From an uncultured cyanobacterium (GTDB lineage: Bacteria; Cyanobacteriota; Cyanobacteriia; CAKZMO01), in contig CAVRCJ010000003.1 of NCBI GenBank assembly GCA_963719515.1, positions 512,001 through 576,000 of the forward strand: 64,000 nucleotides of DNA, in the 5' to 3' direction. The notes beneath the pieces were generated by a model, which worked only from the letters and a program-made list of their open reading frames with translations, was not told where the DNA came from and searched no databases. Positions within the stretch are counted from its first letter, which is position 1, and each line of letters begins with the position of its first letter. This document shows, in pieces, positions 1 to 11,406 of the stretch. A program made the position numbers and the translations under genes.

Positions 1-313
1 TCTTGACCTAAGGGGATAATCAAGCATAGTCGCATGCGGCGATCGCCAGAGCGGATAGGTTTGCGTTGAATCAGCATGGTGAGTAACTGAAGGTAGACAG
101 CAAAGAGACTCTGCCAACGCTCTACGACGCCCTTGCTGGGCCTTCAGGAAAAAATTACAAAAATGTTGCAGAAACTTTGCGAAAACTTTGCAGAAGACTG
201 TACCCAGACGATACCCTGAGCGCCCCGTGGTGGTGGAGCGCTCTGCAATATAGGGCATAACCTCTTATCCTAGATGGGTAGCTCAACTTTAAATTGAGGA
301 GACCCCGATCGCT

Positions 314-982
314 ATGACCGCCGCAAACGTAACTGCCGCAAGTCCCGCCACTGCAAACTCGGCCCGCGAGCTGTTTCGCTCGGCCTACGAAAACCGCTAC
401 ACCTGGGACAGCAGCTTCCCGGGCTATACCGCAGACGTAACCTACAAGATGGGAGAGGCGATCTATGAAGGAAAGGTGCGCGTTAGCCCTGACCTGAAAG
501 CTGAGGTTTCTGGTATTGAAGACGAGCAGGCCCATAAGGCGATCGCAGGACAGCTGTTTGAGATTGCTATTCACCGGGTGCGCCGCGATTTTGAAGACGT
601 CCACGGCAAAAACACCTTTTCCTTCGGCGAAACCGGTGAGTCTGGGGCGAGGGAAATTCTGGTGAGCGGCAAGGGCGAGGGCGATCGCTACCAGCTAAAA
701 GACAACGAAGTCACGATGGTCCATCGCCACATTCACGGCATCGTGGTCACCATCTACACCTTTAGCAGCCACGACACCGGGGAAGGCTATCTCTCCCACC
801 GCTACGATTCGATCTACCACGATCCGAAGACGGGCGAGCAGAAGGGCGGCAAAAGCCTGTTCACCGATGAGTATGACAAGGTTGGGGACTACGTGATTCT
901 CAGCCGCCGTCTGGTAGAAACTGAAGGCGAAGCCGCCCAAGATATCGTCTTCTCTAATATTCAGCTGCTTCCCGCTGAGTAA
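314..982 (+). CDS. DUF3386-like conserved cyanobacterial protein
   Basis: 222-aa ORF with GAGGAG RBS; ARELFRSAYENRYTWD...FPGY N-terminus typical of this family. Confidence 0.75.
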   Translation: MTAANVTAASPATANSARELFRSAYENRYTWDSSFPGYTADVTYKMGEAIYEGKVRVSPDLKAEVSGIEDEQAHKAIAGQLFEIAIHRVRRDFEDVHGKNTFSFGETGESGAREILVSGKGEGDRYQLKDNEVTMVHRHIHGIVVTIYTFSSHDTGEGYLSHRYDSIYHDPKTGEQKGGKSLFTDEYDKVGDYVILSRRLVETEGEAAQDIVFSNIQLLPAE

Positions 983-985
983 ACG

Positions 986-1657
986 GTGCAGCGCGCTACC
1001 TGGGCGATCGCCGCCGTTGCCTTGGCGCTGTGGCCCCAAGCCGCCGTGCCGGAAACGGCGGAAGAGTACCGGCTGCAGGGTCTAGACTATCGCAGCCAGG
1101 GCCGCTATGAGGAGGCGATCGCTTCCCTAGAGCAGTCTGTGGCTCGCGCGCCAGATCACCAAGGCGGGCGGGTAATCCTGGGCTGGACGCAGCACCTCGC
1201 GGGGGAATCGGAAACGGCGGCGCAGACCCTCACTGAGGCGTTCTACGCCGACCCGTTTGATGTATCCACTCTTAACGCTCTGGGTATCGTGCAGCTGGTA
1301 GAGGGTCATTTGGGTAAGGCCATCGCCAGCCATCTGTGGGCTGCCCACCTCAATCCCGATAACGAGGTGGCCCACTTCAATCTCAGTCTGGCCGCCCAGC
1401 GGCTAGACCTCCAGGACTGGGCCGTCGAAACCGCTGCCCGCGCCGCCCAGCTCGAACCCTACAATCCCCACCCGCTGATTGCAGAAGCCGTGGCGCTATG
1501 GAGTCAGGGCGATCGCCTCTTGGCGCAGCAGCGCTACCAAGACGCCCTGGCCCTGAGTCCACGCTACGGCACGGCAGATCTAGACTTCTACCTAGAGCAG
1601 GCGGCCTTTAGCCCAGAGCAGATTGCGATCGCCTATGCGATCGTTGATTCCCTGTAG
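986..1657 (+). CDS. Tetratricopeptide-repeat protein with N-terminal signal peptide
   Basis: Hydrophobic N-terminus; several TPR-like helical repeats (GRYEEAIASLEQ, NALGIV, AHFNLSLA). Confidence 0.8.
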   Translation: MQRATWAIAAVALALWPQAAVPETAEEYRLQGLDYRSQGRYEEAIASLEQSVARAPDHQGGRVILGWTQHLAGESETAAQTLTEAFYADPFDVSTLNALGIVQLVEGHLGKAIASHLWAAHLNPDNEVAHFNLSLAAQRLDLQDWAVETAARAAQLEPYNPHPLIAEAVALWSQGDRLLAQQRYQDALALSPRYGTADLDFYLEQAAFSPEQIAIAYAIVDSL

Positions 1658-1794
1658 ACCTGAAACATGCCGCGCCACGAAAGGTAGCGCTACCCTACGG
1701 CACTCCTCAATTTCTCTAACCCGCAGCTCATCAAGCGCGTAAACCTCAAGAGAACGTCTGAAGTATTCACAACTGCTCACAGATATCGTCGTTT

Positions 1795-1870
1795 GCAGGG
1801 GGGTTGGGGGAGACAATCCGTCCTCTAGCCAGGGGGTTTAGGGGCCAAGCCCCCAAGGCAGCCGATTTTC
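1795..1870. repeat. G/C-run-rich palindromic dispersed repeat of the kind common in cyanobacterial intergenic regions
   Basis: GGGGGTTGGGGGAGACAATCCGTCCTCTAGCCAGGGGGTTTAGGGGCCAAGCCCCCAA, paired hairpin-forming units. Confidence 0.45.
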
Positions 1871-2069
1871 AGACAGCTTCAAACACCGTACGTTGCCCCA
1901 GCAACCGCGCCCGACAGCATTTCATGGCCCCTACCCCAAGTCAAATTGCAATCGCCTACACAACCTTCGAGTCACTGTAAAGTCTAAGCCAGAGCCCGAC
2001 ACTTCCCTAGCCAACTCTTTACAATAGGGGCTATTCATCTAGCGTTATCTCGTGAGGAGTCGTGCGTCT

Positions 2070-3974
<1,905 letters not shown>

Positions 3975-4131
3975 GCAGGGCAGCACCATGTCCAAGGCCA
4001 TTTCCTCGCGCTCTGCCAAGATGTTGCTGCTAAAGCTAGTTAGGGTCAATCGAGCCGAATTCCGTCGGAACTCTACCTAATGGGCAGGCCGAGACTCCCC
4101 GCTCCTTAGGGTAGGAAGGATGCCGACGCAG

Positions 4132-4833
4132 CTACAGTAAGCGCGCGTACTCAGTCTTAACGATGTTGTAGCATTCACAGCAGGCGGTTTTGAGCGCTTC
4201 TCGGTCTAAGATTTGAACCTGTCCTCGGCTATAGCGAATCAAGCCTGCCTGCTGCAGCCCCCCGGCAGCAGTAGTAACGCTGGCGCGCCGGGTTCCCAGC
4301 ATGCTGGATAGAAAAGCCTGGGTGAGATTGAGAGAGGAAGACTGGGTACAGTCTTGAGACTGTAGGAGCCAGCGGGCTAGTCGCGCTTCTGTCACATGAA
4401 ATCGGTTGCAGACTGCCGTTTGACTCACTTGGGTGATAAACGCTTGGGTATACAGCAGCAGCAGCTTTTGCAGTACCTTACCTTGGTCAAAGGCTTTTTT
4501 TAGCACCAGAGCATCAAGGGCGATCGCCTCTCCTGAAATCTGAACGATGGCGCGGCTGGAGCTGCATCCTCCTCCTAAATAGACGGGGTATCCCAGCATC
4601 CCGTCGTTGCCCACAACACCTGACTCAAGGGTAGTACCGCCTTTCACAATCTGGACCAGCGAGATCATCGCGTGGGTTGGGAAGTAGACGGTTGATATTG
4701 TTTCGGCTGGCTCGTGAAGAATTTGCCCCAACGATAAGTTCACGACTCTGAAATGGGGGGCAATCTGTAGATACTCCGCTTCTGGAAGTAATGCTAGCAG
4801 ACGGTTAGACTGACTCGCCTGTTGTAGATTCAA
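4132..4833 (-). CDS. Crp/Fnr-family transcriptional regulator
   Basis: NRLLALLP start, cNMP-binding fold, RLARWLL...LTQAFLSSMLGTRRASVT HTH; probable TTG start at 4833 after AGAGGA (the ORF track extends it to 5079). Confidence 0.88.
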   Translation of the reverse strand: MNLQQASQSNRLLALLPEAEYLQIAPHFRVVNLSLGQILHEPAETISTVYFPTHAMISLVQIVKGGTTLESGVVGNDGMLGYPVYLGGGCSSSRAIVQISGEAIALDALVLKKAFDQGKVLQKLLLLYTQAFITQVSQTAVCNRFHVTEARLARWLLQSQDCTQSSSLNLTQAFLSSMLGTRRASVTTAAGGLQQAGLIRYSRGQVQILDREALKTACCECYNIVKTEYARLL

Positions 4834-5364
4834 GGATCCTCTCTTCGATATTGTGCTGAATGAACGTAAGAACTCTATGGCACTACCCTGTAGAGCTACG
4901 GTAACGTTCTGTAGAAACGGTTTGCTTCTGCTGGCCTTCAGGGCTACCGGTTTCGCTTCCGCATAAAGCCGGTAACATCGCTGTGATTGGGGCAACCGCT
5001 GGCTGGCCTCTTGAGTCCTGCGCTCGTGATGCTGAGTGAGCATATCACTGTAGCTCAATCCAGCTAATTGACGGCTCATCTTGGCCTACGAGCTGCTTGA
5101 AAATGTGCGCGTTCTTGAGATTAGGTCGTCTGCGAATTAGCTCAGTTTCGGAGCTGATGTAAAGCCAACCCCTGTGAGCTTAGAGAAAAGCGATCGCTCG
5201 CTGCGAGCGTGTCTTTGGGGATCAGGTCCTGCTTCCACCGTTAGTTGACGCAGTTCGTTAAGAAATTTAAGATTTGTTGCAATCTTTCATCTTTCGCTTA
5301 TCGCGCCAAACCCGCTAAAATACGAGCGATAGCCGAATCATCACGATAAATAATTCCCATCATT

Positions 5365-5868
5365 ATGAGTGTAGTAAGCAACGTTATTTTGAATGCCGAC
5401 GATGAGCTTCGCTACCCCAGTAGTGGAGAGCTAGAGAGCATCAGGACTTTTCTGGGTACGGGTGAGCAGCGGATGCGGATCGCCTCTACCCTAGCCGAAA
5501 ATGAGAAAAAGATTGTCGAAGAGGCCAGCAAGCAGTTGTGGCAGCGTCGCCCCGATTTCATTGCTCCCGGTGGAAATGCCTACGGTCAGCGCGAGCGGGC
5601 CCTGTGCTTACGGGACTATGGCTGGTATCTTCGCCTGATCACCTACGGCGTCTTAGCAGGCGATAAAGGCCCTATCGAAAGCATCGGCCTAGTTGGCGTG
5701 CGCGAGATGTACAATTCTCTGGGCGTTCCGGTACCCGGTATGGTTGCGGCGATTGATTGCCTCAAGAAGGCGTCTCTTGGCCTTTTAGACGCTGACGACG
5801 TAGCTGCAGCAGAGCCTTACTTCGACTACATCATCCAGGGCATGGCAACATACAGCGTCATGAGCTAA
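5365..5868 (+). CDS. apcD: Allophycocyanin alpha-B subunit
   Basis: [23 protein letters not shown], chromophore Cys in [27 protein letters not shown]. Confidence 0.95.
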   Translation: MSVVSNVILNADDELRYPSSGELESIRTFLGTGEQRMRIASTLAENEKKIVEEASKQLWQRRPDFIAPGGNAYGQRERALCLRDYGWYLRLITYGVLAGDKGPIESIGLVGVREMYNSLGVPVPGMVAAIDCLKKASLGLLDADDVAAAEPYFDYIIQGMATYSVMS

Positions 5869-6103
5869 ACGCTCCTACCGCATGAACTCGAGATCTTCTT
5901 CGAGATAGCAGCCCTAACCTAGCTACTCGCCAACTATTACGATCTTCGTTCCCCGCTGATACGGAAGCTTAGCGGCTATTTCGTTAAGTTTCTGACCGTT
6001 GGCGGGGAACGCTTGTATTATAGGGGTTACTTTGTGGCAGTGGGCGATCGCCCAAAATATCTCCTTGGACTGTCACACTTGGTACTCCCTTGAGGTAAAG
6101 GCT

Positions 6104-6733
6104 ATGCGTCTTGGCAAAGTAGTCAAGTCAAATTCTCACTGCGACTACGTCATTCAGCTCGATGACGACCTATCCACGTCCACTCCACCCGACGCGAATC
6201 AGTTTGGATTTGGCAGCTTCGTCAAGCTCGAAGACGCTGGGGACCGGGGCTTGGGGATGATCTCCGACCCTCGCCATTGGGCGGTTGGCGTTATCTACAA
6301 TACTCAGCTTTTTAACCCCAGCTTTAGCAACAGTGGTCCCAGGCTGTCCAGCGAGCCTGACCCGCTATTTACCCCTGACCAGGTTCACGAGGCGCGAACG
6401 CTGTTAGGCGTAGTGCTGATTGGAGCCCTGCAGCAGGAGAGCGATCGCCTTTATGGGGTACAGCGCATTCCCCGGATAGTTGTCCCCTTCAACACGACTG
6501 CTGCGCTGATGTCTTCAGAAGAAATCTACCGGTTTCACCGCGATCAATCCGATCAGCCTCAGTTCCGCTATTACATGCATCTGCTGCGCGGTGGCGGTCA
6601 CTTTGCCTCAGAGCTGATTCAACATATTCTCGATGGCCTGCAGACGTCTCCGTTTGCGCCCGATGAACGGCGGGCATTAGAGGTTCTACGCAAAGAACTT
6701 TCGTGGAAAATGGCGATGGGAGCCATGCAATAA
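6104..6733 (+). CDS. HAS-barrel-domain conserved protein
   Basis: MRLGKVVKSNSHCDYV start with GAGGT RBS; FGSFVK motif. Confidence 0.7.
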   Translation: MRLGKVVKSNSHCDYVIQLDDDLSTSTPPDANQFGFGSFVKLEDAGDRGLGMISDPRHWAVGVIYNTQLFNPSFSNSGPRLSSEPDPLFTPDQVHEARTLLGVVLIGALQQESDRLYGVQRIPRIVVPFNTTAALMSSEEIYRFHRDQSDQPQFRYYMHLLRGGGHFASELIQHILDGLQTSPFAPDERRALEVLRKELSWKMAMGAMQ

Positions 6734-6797
6734 AAAAGCCGACACATACGTATCGGCCAGTCGTGTGTTCCCTGTTGATGACTCGGCTAGAGTTGAG
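6733..6797 (-). ncRNA. Candidate small RNA ending in an intrinsic terminator
   Basis: Minus strand GCCGAUAC-GUAU-GUGUCGGC-U6 terminator, TACTTT -10 upstream, no ORF. Confidence 0.45.
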
Positions 6798-7000
6798 TCA
6801 ATTAAAGTATCGTCCAATTCTGGAAGGACTCGTAGGATCGCGATCGTGCGGGTCGTGTGATATCGAACAGCTCAGTAAGTGATTTTAGTCACTCGTAAAG
6901 TTGCGGTGGCGTCCGTAGTCGCCACAGGTCTACCCAAGGGGCGACTCTCCCACCTGGCGCTTCGTGATAGCTTAAAGAGCACTGTAGAGTTGTATTTTCC

Positions 7001-7108
7001 ATGAAAGATAAAGACTATTCTTGGAAGGGAAGCCCCAACGCAGGACTCGTTCTTACCCTTCTGGCCCTAGCTGCCGGTGTCGCCCTGTTCCTCGCTGGAT
7101 TTAGCTAA
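7001..7108 (+). CDS. Candidate 35-aa single-TM microprotein
   Basis: MKDKDYSWKGSPNAGLVLTLLALAAGVALFLAGFS*; TG-n-TAGCTT extended -10 at 6965-6973. Confidence 0.5.
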   Translation: MKDKDYSWKGSPNAGLVLTLLALAAGVALFLAGFS

Positions 7109-7583
7109 GGCTACCCAAAACGCCTTTTTCAACCCGATATCCTGCCGACAAGGTTTGAACAAAATCCAGCAGGATTTGCCGGTGGGGTGTTCCTATGAGG
7201 CAAGAGCGGTTTGCCTTAGGCGAATGGCGCTCACCCGCCTGGACATCTGCGGGGGTAAATAGCCCTAGGTCCCATCCTTCCTGCAGCGTCAGCTGCTCTA
7301 TTTCCACAGCTAGAGGAGCGATGAAAATGTGGCGAATAGCTCGCTCACCCTGCTGGCAGGCAAAAGGAATGACGTAAGGGGGCCGGTAGGCAATCTCTTC
7401 TTCTAGCTCTCGGAAAAGGGCAGTCTCTGGAGTTTCCCCTGGATCGAGATGCCCCCCAAAAAATCCCCATTGGCCAGGGTAGAGGATTCCCGGAATATCG
7501 TCTCGGAGCTGGAGGAGAAACCGATCGCCTTGGGTAATGATGGCGATCGCCACTTCGGCGCGGACGTTGAGGGTTTGGGTCAT
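7101..7583 (-). CDS. NUDIX hydrolase
   Basis: Nudix box GGHLDPGETPETALFRELEEEI. Confidence 0.92.
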   Translation of the reverse strand: MTQTLNVRAEVAIAIITQGDRFLLQLRDDIPGILYPGQWGFFGGHLDPGETPETALFRELEEEIAYRPPYVIPFACQQGERAIRHIFIAPLAVEIEQLTLQEGWDLGLFTPADVQAGERHSPKANRSCLIGTPHRQILLDFVQTLSAGYRVEKGVLGSLS

Positions 7584-7586
7584 GGG

Positions 7587-9026
7587 TTAGGGCTGGACGG
7601 TCGCGTCAATTCCCTGCTCTGCCAGCTCGTTGACAAACTGCTCCGCTCGCGACTCCGACTCGAATGCGCCGAGCTGCACCTGTGCGCCACTGTCAGAATT
7701 GCGGAGGTAGGCCCCTGAAACTGCGTCTTGCGCTTCCTCTAGGCTGCGATCGCCCGTATAGGGGGCCACGACATGGTGATAGTCGCTAGCGGCAGGGGGT
7801 GGCGGGGTAGACGCGGCGGCTTGGGGGCTGGGCGGAGAGGCCGCAGGTTGTGGGCTAGCGGGCTGGATGGCGGCGGGCTGGGCAGGGGACGCCTGCGGGG
7901 TCGGGGGCACAGATTGGGGTGCGGATTGGGCCGCCGAGTCTTGAGGGGCTAAGTTCTGAGGCGTAGGCTCCTGAGCAGACTCTCGGGCAGATTCTTGAGG
8001 CGCAGCTTGAGGTATAGAGCGCTGCGGTTCCGGCCTTGGCGTAGCTTGAGGCTCTCGAGCAGCAGGGTTTGACGCAGCGGGAGCGATCGCGCTGTCAGGG
8101 GCCGCAGGGGCTATAGGCGCTGGCGGCAGGGCAGGAGATGGAGCAGGAGATGGGGCGACCGCACGCTGCGCGGGGCGAGCCGGAGCGGGGGGTGGCGCTA
8201 CTCGGACGGGGGGCAGCGCGGGGCCAAGAGGAACGACCGGAATAGCTGCGGGAACGTTGGGATTACTGTTGGAGCTAGCGGCGGCTGGATCTATCCCTGG
8301 GAGTTCCACGTCGTTTGGGGTCAGATCTGCGTCAGCGCCGTCAACAGTGGCTGAATCTATCGCCGGGGGTACCACGTCTTTGGAGCGAGCGTTGAACCTA
8401 GGGAGGCTAATCAGGCGGTTTAGGTCAAGCTTCGTAAACTCGCCTCCTGCTAGGTCAGGGGACAGCGGCGACAGCGGTTCACCCTCAGCGGCTTCGGATA
8501 CCGATTGGGTAGGATCTTGACGGGCCATCTGCGCCGACCGCGCGCTGAAGAAAATATAGGTCATCATCAGGGTAGACAGGCTGACTAGCAGCAGCAGTCC
8601 AACCCCCAAAGGGGTAAAGAGACTCGATAAAATTTGTCGGGGTCGAGGCTCTTCTTCCAAAGCGTCCAGACTTCTCAACAGATCTTCGGACGATTTTAGG
8701 TAAGTGTCTGGAGCTATCTGCGCTTCAGGGATTACTGTCCCCCAGGAGGCTTCACGTCCCGAACCGTCTGCCTGTGCTGCCAGCAGTCTGTCGTCTTCCA
8801 GCACCGTTATCGCAGCAGGCGCAATCGCCGCCGTCATTAATGACGGTGCCTCCCCAGTCGAGGGCGACTCTAAAGGCTTTCGGTACTGAGTCATCTGCTG
8901 ATAGCGGGCCAGTTCGTCCTCTAGCTCGAAATCCAAGCAGTCGACTGCGGCGCTCAGAACTGGATGAAGATCATGCCGACGCTCGGAGTCCGCGTGACGA
9001 GACGATGATGGGAGGGGTGTGATCAT
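7587..9026 (-). CDS. Membrane-anchored Pro/Ala-rich protein with C-terminal SPOR-like domain
   Basis: Central TM helix, long P/A/Q linker, VQLGAFESESRAEQFVNEL; start at ATG 9026 inferred. Confidence 0.75.
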   Translation of the reverse strand: MITPLPSSSRHADSERRHDLHPVLSAAVDCLDFELEDELARYQQMTQYRKPLESPSTGEAPSLMTAAIAPAAITVLEDDRLLAAQADGSGREASWGTVIPEAQIAPDTYLKSSEDLLRSLDALEEEPRPRQILSSLFTPLGVGLLLLVSLSTLMMTYIFFSARSAQMARQDPTQSVSEAAEGEPLSPLSPDLAGGEFTKLDLNRLISLPRFNARSKDVVPPAIDSATVDGADADLTPNDVELPGIDPAAASSNSNPNVPAAIPVVPLGPALPPVRVAPPPAPARPAQRAVAPSPAPSPALPPAPIAPAAPDSAIAPAASNPAAREPQATPRPEPQRSIPQAAPQESARESAQEPTPQNLAPQDSAAQSAPQSVPPTPQASPAQPAAIQPASPQPAASPPSPQAAASTPPPPAASDYHHVVAPYTGDRSLEEAQDAVSGAYLRNSDSGAQVQLGAFESESRAEQFVNELAEQGIDATVQP

Positions 9027-9229
9027 AGGGGGAAGTCTGGTCAGTAGGCAGCAAGCCGCTGTTCTCAACACAGCGTAACCATAGTGTCTATCATATTAGG
9101 GACTATGGCCGTGAAAAGACTGCTGCTAACTGTAAATTTTGCTGGACGCTGCAAAACCGGGGACAGCGGCATTCCCGAATTACCCTCACCGCAGCGATTC
9201 TTCTATGGCGCAGCATCATACCTCATTCT

Positions 9230-9772
9230 ATGGCATTCACCTCCCTCACCCAGCTCGTCAAAACCTTCGAGCGCCATCCCGCTCGGCGTCAGCAGCAGCA
9301 GTTTCAGCAGCTGCTAGGGGTCTGGGCCGAGGTCGTGGGGTCTGCCGTAGCGGCAAAGGCTTATCCCATCGCTCTGCGGCAGCAGCGGCTCGTGGTAGCT
9401 ACCGCTAACCCAGTGTGGGCGCAGACTTTAGCGTTTGAGCGCCACCACATTCTCAAAAAGCTTCTCCAAAGGTTTCCGGACTTGCCCTGCAAAGATATTC
9501 AGTTCTCTACCGCGCAGTGGCGCTCCCCGTCCAGCGAGTCCGTTGCCGCTCCAGCTCCGTGGAGGGACCACCCTTCACGGGTCAAGTCGTGCGCTACGCC
9601 GCCGAAAGCGTTGCCCAAAAGCGCCGCCGAGGCGTTTCAAGCCTGGGAAGTGGCGGTGCGATCGCGCTCCCAAGGGCTCCCAATCTGTCCGCGCTGCCGC
9701 TGCGCTACCCCCGCTGGCGAGCTAGAGCGCTGGTCGATGTGCTCTTTGTGCGTCGCTCAGACCTGGTCTTAG
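9230..9772 (+). CDS. DUF721/DciA-family protein with Zn-ribbon C-terminus
   Basis: WAEVVGSAVAAKAYP...LVVATANPVWAQTL; CPRC...CSLC. Confidence 0.8.
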   Translation: MAFTSLTQLVKTFERHPARRQQQQFQQLLGVWAEVVGSAVAAKAYPIALRQQRLVVATANPVWAQTLAFERHHILKKLLQRFPDLPCKDIQFSTAQWRSPSSESVAAPAPWRDHPSRVKSCATPPKALPKSAAEAFQAWEVAVRSRSQGLPICPRCRCATPAGELERWSMCSLCVAQTWS

Positions 9773-9841
9773 CGCTGGCGCAGCCCCTATTGTCCTGCTT
9801 CTGCTGCGATCGCTTTTTCCCAATCCGACCTTTTGGCGAAG

Positions 9842-10747
9842 CTAGCCTTGAACCCGGTCCTTGGGGCTGCCCGAGCTGGCACTCTTCTCAATAAACTCGA
9901 TAATTTTCCCTGACACATCTACCCCTGTCGCCGCCTCAATGCCTTCTAGCCCCGGAGAAGAGTTGACCTCCATGACTACAGGGCCATGGTTAGAGCGGAG
10001 AATATCGACCCCCGCCACCCGCAGCCCCATAGCTTTTGCCGCTCTCGTAGCGGTGCTGCGCTCCTCCGGCGTCAGCCGAATCTTTTCTGCTGAGCCGCCC
10101 CGATGGATGTTAGAGCGAAATTCACCGGGGGCTCCCTGGCGCTTCATGGAGGCGATGACCTTGTCCCCCACCACAAAGCAGCGAATGTCCATTCCCTTCG
10201 CCTCTTTGATGAATTCCTGCACTAGAATATTGGCGTCTAGGCCGCGAAACGCCTCGATTACGGATGTCGCCGCCTGGGTCGTCTCCGCCAGCACCACCCC
10301 AATGCCCTGGGTGCCCTCCAGCAGCTTGATCACCAGCGGCGCACCGCCCACCACCTCAATCAGCCCGTCGATGTCCTTCGTGGAGTGGGCGAAGCCCGTC
10401 ACCGGTAGGCCGATGCCTTTACGGGCTAAAAGCTGCAGGCAGCGCAGCTTATCGCGAGAGCGGGAGATAGCCTGAGACTCGTTCGTCGTGAACACATCCA
10501 TCATCTCAAACTGGCGCACTACGGCGGTGCCGTAGAAAGTCTTAGAGGCTCCGATGCGGGGGATAACCGCGTCGATATCTTTTAGAGGATTGCCTTGGTA
10601 AATCACCTGGGGATTATGGGAGGTGATGTTCATGTAGCAGCGTAGATAGTCGATTACCCTGATGCTGTGACCCCGAGCTTCTCCAGCTTCCTTAAGGCGA
10701 TTCGTTGAGTAGAGTGAGGCGTTGCGGGAAAGAATAGCAATTTTCAT
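9842..10747 (-). CDS. rimK: Ribosomal protein S6--L-glutamate ligase (ATP-grasp)
   Basis: [36 protein letters not shown]. Confidence 0.96.
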   Translation of the reverse strand: MKIAILSRNASLYSTNRLKEAGEARGHSIRVIDYLRCYMNITSHNPQVIYQGNPLKDIDAVIPRIGASKTFYGTAVVRQFEMMDVFTTNESQAISRSRDKLRCLQLLARKGIGLPVTGFAHSTKDIDGLIEVVGGAPLVIKLLEGTQGIGVVLAETTQAATSVIEAFRGLDANILVQEFIKEAKGMDIRCFVVGDKVIASMKRQGAPGEFRSNIHRGGSAEKIRLTPEERSTATRAAKAMGLRVAGVDILRSNHGPVVMEVNSSPGLEGIEAATGVDVSGKIIEFIEKSASSGSPKDRVQG

Positions 10748-11208
10748 GGCTTATGCCCTTTTGGCGGTTTAGCGGTTGACTGCAAAAACGATCGCCCGCT
10801 GTCAACTAGGAATCGGCTCCGTAGCGCCTCCCGGCCCAAAAGCATGCGAAAGGCCATGGCCTTTCGATGGGTCAGGGTGAGGTCAATATCCCAGGCTTGC
10901 TCATTGAGCACGACGGTGGTGCGAATTACGGGGCGCTGCTCGATTTGGCCATTGGAGCTGCGCACGGAGCGGTTTTCGACTAGGGGAGCCTGGGCGACGA
11001 CGGTGCGATCGCGATCGCCCTGGAACGGATGCACTTTGAAGCGCACCATTGGGGTCTCGCCTTCTTGGAAGGGCTCGACGTCAAAGGCATAGAGAGACGA
11101 GGTTTTTGCGCCCGTGTCCACTTTTGCCTTGATTGTTTCGATGCCTAATTTAGGCAGCGACAAGCGCTCGCGCCAGCCAATCGGTTTTAGAGCAGATTGG
11201 GACGTCAC
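10744..11208 (-). CDS. RimK-associated retropepsin-like protease (RimB-like, 'ATP-dependent Zn protease' family)
   Basis: IGWRE...[21 protein letters not shown]; overlaps the rimK start; GTG 11208 after GAGGT. Confidence 0.85.
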   Translation of the reverse strand: MTSQSALKPIGWRERLSLPKLGIETIKAKVDTGAKTSSLYAFDVEPFQEGETPMVRFKVHPFQGDRDRTVVAQAPLVENRSVRSSNGQIEQRPVIRTTVVLNEQAWDIDLTLTHRKAMAFRMLLGREALRSRFLVDSGRSFLQSTAKPPKGHKP

Positions 11209-11406
11209 GGTGATTACCTCGGTGCTGTGCCTGTCTAGGCTAACCCTACCGCCGCTGCGGTTGGCTCCAACGGCAGCTGGGCAGCCCACGAACAGGCAAA
11301 TACCACCAGCAATGTGCCAGTGGTATTCAGAACCTGCTGCTTCTTACAGGGTATGCCCGTGCGGCACAATAGACAATCTGTCTGGGGTTCAGCGATCGCC
11401 TCGGCG

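Noticed and set aside
1..77. Partial minus-strand CDS starting at 77
   Set aside because: Only 25 codons are visible; it cannot be supported or identified.
4834..5079. N-terminal extension of the Crp protein
   Set aside because: Homology starts near NRLL, with an RBS and TTG at 4833.
5266..5283. HLR1 (RpaB) site upstream of apcD
   Set aside because: TTTAAGAT-TT-GTTGCAAT has three mismatches to the consensus; too weak to call.
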